A stretch of DNA of 64,000 nucleotides from the human T2T-CHM13v2.0 reference genome, Homo sapiens, in NCBI RefSeq assembly GCF_009914755.1, contig NC_060930.1; one strand, given 5' to 3'. Positions 11,904-22,804 of the stretch are shown in pieces. The notes beneath the pieces are model-generated. The model was given only the letters and a program-made list of their open reading frames with translations. It ran no database searches and was not told the DNA's origin. The first letter of the stretch is position 1. Every line of letters starts with the position of its first letter. The position numbers and the translations under genes are program-made.

Positions 11904-12384
11904 TAGTCACGTGTCACTTAATGACAGATACATTCTGAGAAATGTGTTGCTAGGTGATTTTGTGTTGCAGGAACATCATGGAGTGCACTTACACGAACTT
12001 AACATGGCACAGCCTACTGTACACCTAGGCTGTATGGTATAGCCTATTAATATTAGGAAGGGGAACAGAGGGCCCTTTGCTCTCCGGAGGCCCCCTCTCC
12101 ATTCACATCCAGTTTAGACAAATACCTTTCAACCTCACAAAATCTAAGGGAGAATGATACTTGAACATAAATCAAAGTAAAGCATATTCCTAGGCTGCAA
12201 GCCTGCACAGTATGTTACAGTCCTCAATACTGTAGGCATTTGTAACACAATAGTAAGTATTTGTGTATCTAAACATAGAAGAGGCATAGTAACAATACGG
12301 TATTATGACATTATAATCTTATGGGACCTCCACCATATATGCAGTCTGTCATGGACCAAAACTTCCTTGTGCAGCACATGGCAG
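11904..12384. mobile_element. Tigger3a-like DNA transposon interrupted at 12050-12185 by a non-transposon insert
   Basis: TTCTGAGAAATGTGTTGCTAGG...GGTATAGCCTATT | insert | TCCTAGGCTGCAAGCCTG...TATAATCTTATGGGACC; both halves are colinear with the recalled consensus. Confidence 0.85.
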
Positions 12385-13419
12385 CATTCTCTAATCCTTA
12401 CCACTTTATTTTTCTGAGGAGTTTAATGACCCGATCAGTAACTTCTTCAGGCTGAATAGGCAGGACGATATTCCTGCCTAACTATTAGGGTCTCTTTAAA
12501 TTCTCAAGCTACTGCTCCCAACAAGATATTATTTCTTAAGGCTTCTCATAGAAGAGCACTGTCATTTGTGACCTATGGTTCCTGTTAATTTTACTAAGGC
12601 TGGGTCACATGTCCCATTTCCATGCTTGCTCATAGGGTGGCCTCTAGCACTAGGAAGATTTAGTCTTTGGGTACCATGAACCTTTCCATATTTGCCAAAC
12701 TTCATCTTCAGAGCTATTATGAAATCAATACAGTTTCAACATTGATACAATTAATGAAATAATACCAATATTATTCTGTTTTGTTTTGTCTTCAATAAGT
12801 CACTGCCCCAAGTCAGTAGGTCTCGATCTTCACTATGGGGTAAATTAGCAGTTTCTTCCTTAATAAAGATTGGTTAATCTAACCTAGCTAGAATATATGT
12901 GTAACATTTTTTAACAATGAGATTGCATATAAAATATCTTCTTTTCTGGCTCAGAGGAGGGGCCCACATGGAACTGGAACACAGATCTCTGAGGATAGTG
13001 TGACCCTGGTGCTGATATCTCTGAGGAGGCCCAATGAGACTACTTCTGAGAGTGGGGAAAACTGCAAACTGGAACCAGTCACTGTTGCCCGTGAAAAGCA
13101 TCACTGAGGCTACTCACAATGAAAGAGAATGAAATAGGAATCAGTGAGCATGTCCTGTCTTCCTCCTCCAGCCTCCCAATCTCCCTCTAATGCCCCTATC
13201 GAGAGTCCAGCAGGGAACCAGCCAGCAAAGACAAAGCGAGTTTCAGAATCTCCACTCAAACCAAGGTAAAGAAGTGTTAATCAGAGAGACGATGACTGAA
13301 TAACCAGCTCACTCACACAGTCAAACAAGAGCACTCCACGTGTCTGAGGCCTCACCTAGCAGTAAAGCAGACAAGTTGAATAGTTAAGAATCACAGTGGC
13401 ATTTTATGAAGAACTTTCT

Positions 13420-15654
13420 TAGCATAGCTAGGGGGCATGGCTAATTTCACATGTCCCCAGGCCTTATCTAGAATCAATGCTCCAAAATAAATTGAACAAC
13501 TTTTAAAAGTCAAAGAAGCAGTTTATGACCTTAAAGCATTTAGGAAACTTAATATCTGACCTGCATAATTTAGACCAAATATTTACATTTTTGAAAATAT
13601 TTTTATTTTACCAATAATCTTTAAAACTGTTTTTATTTCCCAAAGATTACTTAAGTCATATGAACCAAAAGACATTACACTTTTTAACTTTTTTGACAAA
13701 ATATTTGATTTAAGCACTTATTTTTAAACCAATTAATCTAGCTATTTTATATTACACACACATAATTCATATAAATACATAGACAGAAGATAGAGGACTT
13801 ATACCCAAGCCAGGAATCAAACCCTGAACCCAGCCTGCCATTGTGAAAAGAGAACATGGCCACATGGTTACAAGGTCAAGCTCCCAAGGACATACAAGAC
13901 AGGAAGGAAATCTCATCCAGTTTTTTCAGGAACCTGCAGCAAAGTTTGTAACTGACTGGTTTACTGGGCTGTCTTGAAAAGCAGGCTTACAGGTAGGTGT
14001 CTTAGGCTTGTGTTCTATCCTAAAGTACTCCTCTGCATTATAGAACACAGAAAGACACACAAAACATACCAAATTCACTACAGCTTAAGACTAGCTTCAT
14101 GAATTAATTCTTCCATTAATCAAAACTTTACAGAGGAGATAAACAGTGATTTTTACCATTCATTCAACCAGTTTGCACAGAGAGAGAGAGGAGAAAGGAT
14201 TGCCTAAGGCAGGGTGAGGAAGGCACTCAGGGAGGCCAGAGAAAGACACACCCATTGCAGCGACACTGAAAAGTTCGGGCAGCCGCTTGCTGATCATGAA
14301 GGAATTTTTTCCAGCAGTGCCATCAGCTCTCAAGTTTCCCCTTTTTAGGAAGGAAAATGCTCCCCATGCCCCCTGATCCTGTACATGCCTAACCCTGTCA
14401 CCCACAGCCATCAGCAAAGAGTGCAAAGCAGATTATTTCCAAGAGAACAGCAATTAATTCCCATAGTGCTAAATTCGTTCTTAGCCAAAAGGGACTTTAC
14501 CAAGAGGGACTTTACCGACAGGGGCCTCTAACCCCCTAAATCTTAGAAGGGACTCTAACCCTCATAAGTTGGGCCTCTAACCCAGTTGGTCAGGCGTTCT
14601 TGCCTTTTATTAAGAGGGGGCTGTAACCCACTATGTCTTAGGAGAGACTCTAACTCCTTTAAATTGGGCCTCTAACCCAATCCCATTCTTTACCCGGTAT
14701 ATGCACCCCACTTACCCAAAGTCCGCCAGTCAGTGCTGCAGTCTATTTCCTTTGCATTGGAGGGTCTGCTCAGTATCGTCCCTTCCGTGGTTCACAAGAA
14801 AGATGTTAAAAAAACATCCTCAGATGTTTTTTAATGATTTTTTCCTAAATGAAGTTCTTTTAATTTTCAGACCAACCAAACATTTTTAATATAAAAACAT
14901 TTTAATAATATACAAACAGCAATCAAAACGGCATCCACTTGGAAGCGAAAGGACTGGGGCACAGATGGGGGAGTGGACTAAAGAGGGACGGTTTTCAGGG
15001 TCCCAGTTGCTTCCCTTGCCTGAAATCACTCTGGTCTTAGCAGAGGGAAGATTAAGGCATCCAGAGGCAGAGGGGCCCTGACCCTGACCCAGAGACAGAC
15101 TAAGCACAGCAGGCCCCTCTAACATCACCTTCCCACCATGACAGCCTCCAGGGAAAGCCAGATCCAGTTACAAGAGAACAGGAAGGTGGCTGTGATTAAC
15201 AGGAAAGGCAACCATCGTTCCTCAGCAACCTGTTGATCACACCTCTGGGAATAGAGTTTTCCAGTGACTGCTGGATTGAAGAGGATCTAAGAATCTTCCT
15301 GGGAGAAGGATGGAAATGGGATCTGAGTCTACATACTAACCAAGATGCCTTGCCTGTAACACCAGAAAGCTGGAGTGGATCTGCTCAGATGTTTGGGAAG
15401 AGAAAAGAATGACAGAGCCTTTGGCCCAGCAAAGCTGGAGTGTTAACAAGCATTGACTGAGAAATCCTCTAGGCAGGCCAGGGAGGTCTGTGGCCCACCA
15501 CTTACCCAAAGGTAGCCATTGGGTTGGGGGTTTCCACACTATAGTCACTTCCATGATCAGCAGAAAGATGTTACAGGACCCCACCACTTACCCAAAGTTA
15601 GCCTTTGAGTCAGGGGTTTCTGTGCTATAGTCCCTTCTGTGGTTGCCAGAAAGA
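13420..15654 (-). mobile_element. ERV1 internal sequence (MER41-int / MER4 group), interrupted at ~14808-15493
   Basis: GGGACTCTAACCC/GGGCCTCTAACCC repeats and repeated CACCACTTACCCAAAG...AGAAAGATGTTA leader units; abuts the LTR at 15655. Confidence 0.8.
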
Positions 15655-16205
15655 TGTTACAGGAAATGGGTCTGGATCCAGACCCCAAGAGAGGGTTCTT
15701 GGGTCTTGTGCAAGAAAGAATTCAAGGCAAGTCCATATAGTAAATTGAAAGCAAGTTTATTAAGAAAGTAAAGGAATAAAAGAATGGCTACTCCATAGAC
15801 AGAGCAGCCCCAAAGGCTGCTGGTTGGCCATTTTTATGGTTATTTCTTGATTATATGTTAAACAAGGAGTGGATTATTCCTGCCTCTCCTTTTTAGACCA
15901 TATAGGGTAACTTCCTGATGTTGCCATGGCTGTAAACTGTCATGGTGCTGGTGGGAGAGTAGCAGTGAGGACGACCAGAGGTCACTCTCGTCGCCATCTT
16001 GGTTTTGGTAGGTTTTAGCGGGCTTCTTTACTGCAACCTGTTTCATCAGCAAGATCTTTATAACCTGTGTCTTGTGCTGATCTCCTATCTCATCCTGTGA
16101 CTTAGAATGCCTTAACCATCTGAGAATGCAGCCCAGTAGGTCTCAGCCTCATTTTACCCAGCTCCTATTCAAGATGGAGTTGCTCTGGTTCACACGCCTC
16201 TGACA
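15655..16205 (-). mobile_element. MER41A-type 5' LTR
   Basis: TG...CA ends (TGTCAGAGGCGTGTGAACC on the minus strand); GGATTATTC joins CCTCTCCTTTTAGACC with no TTCCGGGAA segment, i.e. the GAS-less MER41A form. Confidence 0.88.
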
Positions 16206-16229
16206 ACTGCACCAGCCTTTCACCTACTC

Positions 16230-17053
16230 TGAAGGCATACATAACAATTAAATGTGAACAACATTATTATCCTGATAACAAACCAAAGACATCACAAGAA
16301 AAAAACCTACGGACCAAATCCCTTATGAAAATAGACACAAAAATCTTCAGCAAAAACACTAACAAACTGAATACAGCAATATATAAAAAGGATTACACAC
16401 CATGACCAAGTAGGATTTGTCCTACCTGGCATTCATTCAACATATGAAAATATTTCAGTTTAATACTCCATATTACATTGTAAAGGAGGAAAATGTCACA
16501 GTCATATCAACAGATGCAGAAAAAGCATTTGACAAAATTCAACTCTCTTTTATGATAAAATACTCAATAAACTAGGATAAGAAGGGAATTTCCTCTATGC
16601 AATAAAGGGCATCTATTAAAAAAGACCCTACAACTAACATATTTAATGACGAGAGACTGCAAGCTTTCTCTCTAAGATCAGGAATAAGACAAGAATGTCT
16701 TCTCAGCCAACTCTGTTCAACATTGTACTGGAGGTTCTAGCCAGGGCAATTAGGCAAGAAAATAAAAGGCATCCAGGTTAGAAACAAAGAAGTTAAATTT
16801 GTACGTAGGAAATTCTATGGAATTTTTAAGAAAACTATTAGAGCTAATTAACAAGTTCAGCAAAGTTACAGGATATAAGATCAATATATAAAAATCAGTT
16901 GTATTTCTACTTACTAGCAATAAACAATCTGAAAATGAAATGAAATTAAGAAAGCAATTTCCTTTATAATGGCATCCAAAGCAATGAATATTTAAGAACA
17001 AATTGAACAAAAGAATGCAAGATTTGCACACTAAAAACTACAAAACATTGTTA
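16230..17053 (+). mobile_element. Old L1 (L1M-type) ORF2 fragment, left half
   Basis: Degenerate RT-region sequence (GATGCAGAAAAAGCATTTGACAAAATTC); ends AAAACTACAAAACATTGTTA. Confidence 0.85.
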
Positions 17054-18229
17054 TCTGGCAGAGTCTTTGCCTTTTTGTACCCACTCACCCAGCTTGGGTC
17101 CTATCTCCACTACTTTATGTTTTCTGCTCCAGGAGGCCCTAGGTGACTCTGCTGCAGCCTCTATCATCCTGTGACCTGCAGGATCTCAGTAAGACGGCTA
17201 ACTAGATGCAGCCAGGAGGAACATCTGCCACCTAAGGATGGTGACATAGAGAAGACTGGTGCACTGAGGGAAGGCACTGAGAGTGGATGGAGGGAGGACA
17301 CAGATGCTGGGCTGAAGGGGAGAGAAAGCTGGGAATCTTGCACGGGCCATCATACCTTGGGACTCATTCCTGGCCCCCAACAACTCTGGGGAACAGGTGA
17401 GTTGAGCAGGCAAGGCGTGACCCACTTTTGCCACAGACCTCTAGAATCCTGGCAGCAGGAGACCCCACAACCCCAAAGACACTTGAGCTGGCAGGGGGAG
17501 CTGCTTAGAGAGGTAGTAAGGGCAGGACTCCAGCCTGTGTAGAGCCCAGAGGGTTTAGTGTGGGAATGTCTGTGGTGGAGCACAGCTGGGGATGCCCATA
17601 CCACAAGGCTCACCATGATCTCCTAGGAGATTTTAGCCTTAGGGGAACTGTCCAATTTCAACAGAGCAGGATGGTCTTGCCAGTGAGACAAGCCAGTCTG
17701 ATCTGAGTGCCCTCCTGTCTGCTGGCCTCTCCTGGGGCCCCAGCCTGCCCATGCCTGCTTTCAGTGCAGCCTTGGATACCAAACTGGCATGCCTCCTGGG
17801 GACCTGCATCATAGTTCCTTCACCAGCAGACTGCACCTGACCATCAGAGCACTCAAGCAGAGTGGCCCCTGCTGATGAATATCAGCCCACCACACCCTCC
17901 CTCTGTGGCAGCCTTCCCCATGCCACTTTACCAGCACACATTTGCTCACAGCCAACCCCCCACCGCTTTCCCAGCACATGTGTGTGTGGGCGGATCTCAC
18001 CTCCCCTCCCCCGCTGCTGCATGTGTGCATGTGAACCTCACTGTGCTACTACTGCAGGCATGAGCCTACCCCTGCCCCAGCCATGCTGCCATTGCCAGTG
18101 TGAACACAGGCACACAGGCCCCACCTCCCACCCCACACTGCCACCACCACTAGCACAAACACACACACGTAGTGGCCCTCAGCCTCACAGCCACCAGGAC
18201 CCTACCCCAGCCAACAAGCGTGCACCCTG

Positions 18230-18232
<3 letters not shown>

Positions 18233-18264
<32 letters not shown>
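18233..18264. repeat. (TGC)~10 trinucleotide repeat in the L1 5'UTR
   Basis: Directly visible. Confidence 0.95.
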
Positions 18265-19427
18265 ACACACACAAACACACATGGATCCTGCTGCCATCAC
18301 CCTGACAAAGTGCTTTGGCTGGTACCACCCATCAGAGTGTCATGACCAGAGGCCCCAGAATACCTCTGTCCCTCTAGCATGGCTGGTTCCTAACCTCAAG
18401 GGGCCAGAGAACAAAGCTGGGGGCCTCATTCCAGCGCCCCCAGAGTTAGAGCCTGCAGCTTAGGAGTGCTGAGTTGAGCCTTGGCCCCCTAACATCTTCC
18501 AGAAACAAAGCCAGTCAACAGGACCCATCTTATACCACAATCAAACCCCCAAGGCCATCAATGAAGATAAAAGCAAATAAACCCGTCCAAAGGACAGCAG
18601 CTTCAAAGATTGAAGAAACATCAGCCCACACATATGAGAAGGAATCAGCACAAGAACTCTGGCCACTCAAAAAGTCAGAGGTCTTTTTACCTCCAAATGA
18701 CAACACTAGTTACCCAGCAATGGTTCTTAACCAAGTGAAATGGTTGAATGACAAAAACAGAATTTAGAATGTGTATAGGAACAAAGATCATTGAGATTCA
18801 GGAGAAAGCCAAAACCCAATCCAAGGATTCTAGGGAATACAATAAAACAATATAGGAGCTGAAAGACAAAATGGCCGTTTTCAGAAAGAACCATACTGAT
18901 TTGATAGAGCCAAAAAACTCACTTCAAGAATTTTATAATACAATCAGAAGTATTAACAGCAGAATTGATGAAGCTGAAGAAAGAATCTCAGAGCTCAAAG
19001 ACTGGTTATCCAAAATAACTCAGACAAAAATAAAGAAAAAAACTAAAGAAGAATGAACAAAACCCCTAAGAAATATGAGATTATGTAAAGAGACAAAATC
19101 TATGACTCACTAGAATCCCTGAAAGAGAAGGAGAGAAAGCAAGCAACTTGGAAACATATTTCAAGCTATCATCCATGAAAATTTCCCCAACCTCACTAGA
19201 GAGGACCACATTCAGGAAATTCAGAGACCCCTGCAAGATACTAGATAAGATGGCCATCACCAAGAAACATAGTCATCAGATTCTCTAAGGTTGAAATGAA
19301 AGAAAAAAGTATTAAAGGCAGCTAGAGAGAAGGGGCAGGTCACCTACAAAGAGAACCAGCTAGCAGCAGACTTTCAGCAGAAATCCTACAAGCCAGAAGA
19401 GACTGGGGGCCTATATTTAGCTTTCTT

Positions 19428-19845
19428 TTTTGTTTTGTTTTGTTTTGTTTGTTTTTAATCTCAATAGCTTAGGGGTACAAGTGGTTTTTGGCTACATGAT
19501 GAATGAATGAATTGTACAGTGGATGAATTGTATAGCGGTGAAGCCTGGGCTTTTAGTGTATTCATCACCTAAATAGTGTGTATTGTACCAGTAGGTAATT
19601 GTTCATCCTGAACCCCTTTTCCACTCTTTTCCATTCTGAGTCCACAACGTTCATTATACCATTCTGTATGCCTTTGTGTACCCATAGCTTAGCTCCCACT
19701 TACAAATGAGAACATTCTGTATTTGGTTTTCTGTTCAAGTTTTTACTTCACTTAGGATAATAGACTCTAGTTCCTTCAAAGTTACTGCAAAAGACAGTAT
19801 TTCATTCTTTTTCATGAATGCATAGTATTCTGTGGTGTGTGGATG

Positions 19846-19889
<44 letters not shown>

Positions 19890-19967
19890 CCATATATTTG
19901 TATCCACTTATCAGTTAGTTGGCAGTTAGGATGATTCCATATAATTGCAATTGTGAATTATGCTGCA
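19428..19967 (-). mobile_element. L1PB-type 3' fragment inserted antisense in L1 ORF1; contains (GATA)n at ~19845-19889
   Basis: T-rich tail then CAATAGCTTAGGGGTACAAGTGGTTTTTGG; TSD TATATTTAGCTTTCTT (19412-19427) / TACATTTAGCATTCTT (19968-19983). Confidence 0.88.
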
Positions 19968-20161
19968 TACATTTAGCATTCTTAAAGAAAAGAGATGCCA
20001 ACCAAGAGTTTCATATCCAGCCGAACTAAGCTTCATAAGTGAAGGAGAAATAAGATCCATGTCAGACAAACAATTGCTAAGGCAATTCATTACTACTAGA
20101 CTTGTCTTACAAGAGGTCCTGAAGGAAGTATTAAATTTGTTAAAGAAAGACCATTACCAGC

Positions 20162-21656
20162 TGATATAATCTGGATATTTGTCCCCACCCAAATGTCATG
20201 TTGAAATGTAATCTCCAATCTTGGTGGTAGGGCCTGGAGGGAGGTGTTTGGATCAAGTGGGTGGATCCCAAATGAATGGCTTGGGCCATGACTTGGTGAC
20301 AAGTGAGCTCTCACTCTGAGTTCACACAAGATCTGGTCATTTAAAAGTGTGTAGCACCTCCCCCAGTATCAGGGGAACCAGCCCCCAATATTTCAACGTA
20401 GATTCATTTCTATTTTCCCTAAGTGTTGGCCAGTCTGAGAAATAAAGAGAAAGAGTGCAAAGAGAGAAATTTTAGAGCTGGGCCTCCAGGGGTGTCATCA
20501 CATATTGTTAGGACCATGATGATGACCCCAAGCCACAAAACCAGCAAGTTTTTATTAGGGATTTTAAAAGGGGAGGGGGTATATGAACAGGGAGTAGGTC
20601 ACAAGGATCACATGGTTCAAAGGGCTATAAAGATCACAAGGCGAAGGCAAAATTAGAATTACTGATGCGGGTCTATGTCCCGCTGTGCACGCATTGTCTT
20701 GATAAACATCTTAACAGGAAACAGGGTTTGAGAGCAGAGAACCAGTCTGACTAGAATTTACCAGGCTGGAATTTCCCAATCCTAGTAAGCCTGAGGGTAC
20801 TGCAGGAGACCAGGGTGTATTTCAGTCCTTATCTTAACCACATAAGACAGACACTCTCACAGCGGCCATCTATAGACCTCCCCCCAAGAATGCATTCCTT
20901 CCTCAGGGTATCAATTATTAATATTCCTTGCTGGGAAAAGAATTCAGCGATATTTCCCCTACTCGCATGTCTGTTTATAGGCTCCCTTCAAGAAGAAAAA
21001 TATGGCTCTATTCTGCCCAACCCCACAGGCAGTCAGACCTTATGGTTATCTTCCCTTGTTCCCTGAAAATCACCATTATTCTGTTCTTTTTCAGGGTGCA
21101 CTGATTTCATATTGTTCAAACACACATGTTCTACAATCAATTTGTACAATAGTGGTCCTGAGGTGACGTACATTCTCAGCTTACAAAGATAACAGGATTA
21201 AGAGATTAAAGTAAAGACAGGCATAAGAAATTATAAGAGTATTATTAGGGAAGTGATAAATGTCCATGAAATCTTCACAATTTATGTTCAGAGATTGCAG
21301 TAAAGACAGGCATAAGAAATTATAAAAGTATTAATTTTGGGAACTGATAAATGTCCATTAAATCTTCACATTTTATGTTCTTCTGCCTCGGCTCTAGCTG
21401 GTCCCTCTGTTCAGGGTCCCCGACTTCCCATAACACCCCACCATTCTCTCTTGCTTCTGCTTTCACCATGTGACATCCCTGTACCCCCTTTACCTTCTGC
21501 CATGATTGTAAGCTTCCTGAGACCTCCCCAGAATCAGATGTTAGCCCCATGCTTCCTGTGTAGCCTGCAGAAACATTAGCCAATTAAACCTCTTTTCTTT
21601 ATAAATTATCCAGTCTCAGGTATTTCTTTATAGCAATGCAAGAATGACCTAATACA
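20162..21656 (+). mobile_element. MSTB-like MaLR LTR split by a MER11 LTR
   Basis: TGATATAATCTGGATATTTGTCCCC start, ...GACCTAATACA end; the host L1 resumes colinearly after it. Confidence 0.88.
20367..21435 (-). mobile_element. MER11 solo LTR (HERV-K HML-8)
   Basis: Minus strand starts TGTTATGGGAAGTCGGGGACCC, has the internal ~85-bp repeat and ends GGTTCCCCTGATA; 6-bp TSD CCCCAG/CCCCAC. Confidence 0.92.
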
Positions 21657-22755
21657 TTGGCCACTACAAAAATGCACTTAAGTACATAGACCATTGACAC
21701 TATTGAGCAGCCACACAAACAAATCTGCATAATAACCAGCTAACAATGTGATAACAAGATCAAATCCACACATATCAATATTAACTTTGAATGTAAAAGG
21801 GCTAAATATCCCAATTAAAAGTCACAGAGTGGCAAATTGGATAAAGAAGCAACACTCAATGGTATGCTATCTTCAAGAGACTTATCTCACACACAATGAG
21901 ACCTATCAGCTCAAAGTAAAAAGATGGAGAAAAGGTACCAAGCAAACAGAAAACAGAAAAAGCAGAGGTTGCTATCTAATTTCAGACAAAACAGAACTTA
22001 AGCCAACAAAGATCAAAAAAGACAAAGAACATTACATAATGGTAAAAAGTTCAATTCAACAAGAAGACCTAACTATCCTAAATATATATGCATCCAGCAC
22101 AGGAGCACTCAGATTCAAAAAGCAAATTCTTAGAGACTTACAAAGAAACTGAACTCGACACTTGACCAAATGAACCTAATAGACATTGACAGAACTCTCC
22201 ACCCCAAAACAACAGTGTGTACATTCTTCCTACCTGTACATGGCACATATTTGAAGTCAACCACACAATCGACCAAAAAACAATCCTCAACAAATTCAAA
22301 GAAACCAAAATCACACCAACCACACTCTTGGACCACAGCACAAAAAAAATAGAAATCAATACTAAGAAAATTGCTCAAAACCATACATTTGCATGGAAAT
22401 TAAATAACCTGTCCCCAGATAACTTTTGGATAAGCAACAAAATTAAGGTAGAAATCAAGAAGTTCTTTGAATCAATGAGAACAATGATACAACATACCAG
22501 AATCTCTGAGACATAGCTAAAGCAATGTTAAGAGGGAAGCTAATAGTACTAAACACCCACATCAAAAAGTTAGAAAGATCTCAAATTAGCAACCTGACAT
22601 CACACTTAGAGGAAATAGAGAAACACGAGTAAACCAACCCCAAAGCTAGCAGAAGACAGGAAGTAACCAAAATCAGAGCTGAACTGAAGGAAAGTGAGTC
22701 ACAAAAAAGATATAAAAGACCAATGAATCCAGAAGTTGGTTATTTGAAAGAATAA

Positions 22756-22759
<4 letters not shown>

Positions 22760-22801
<42 letters not shown>
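22760..22801. repeat. (TA)~21 microsatellite
   Basis: Directly visible inside L1 ORF2. Confidence 0.97.

Positions 22802-22804
<3 letters not shown>

Noticed and set aside
14480-14700. Short direct repeats with variable spacers (CTCTAACCC), superficially CRISPR-like
   Set aside because: Part of the MER4-group ERV leader in a eukaryotic genome; irregular spacing and no cas genes.
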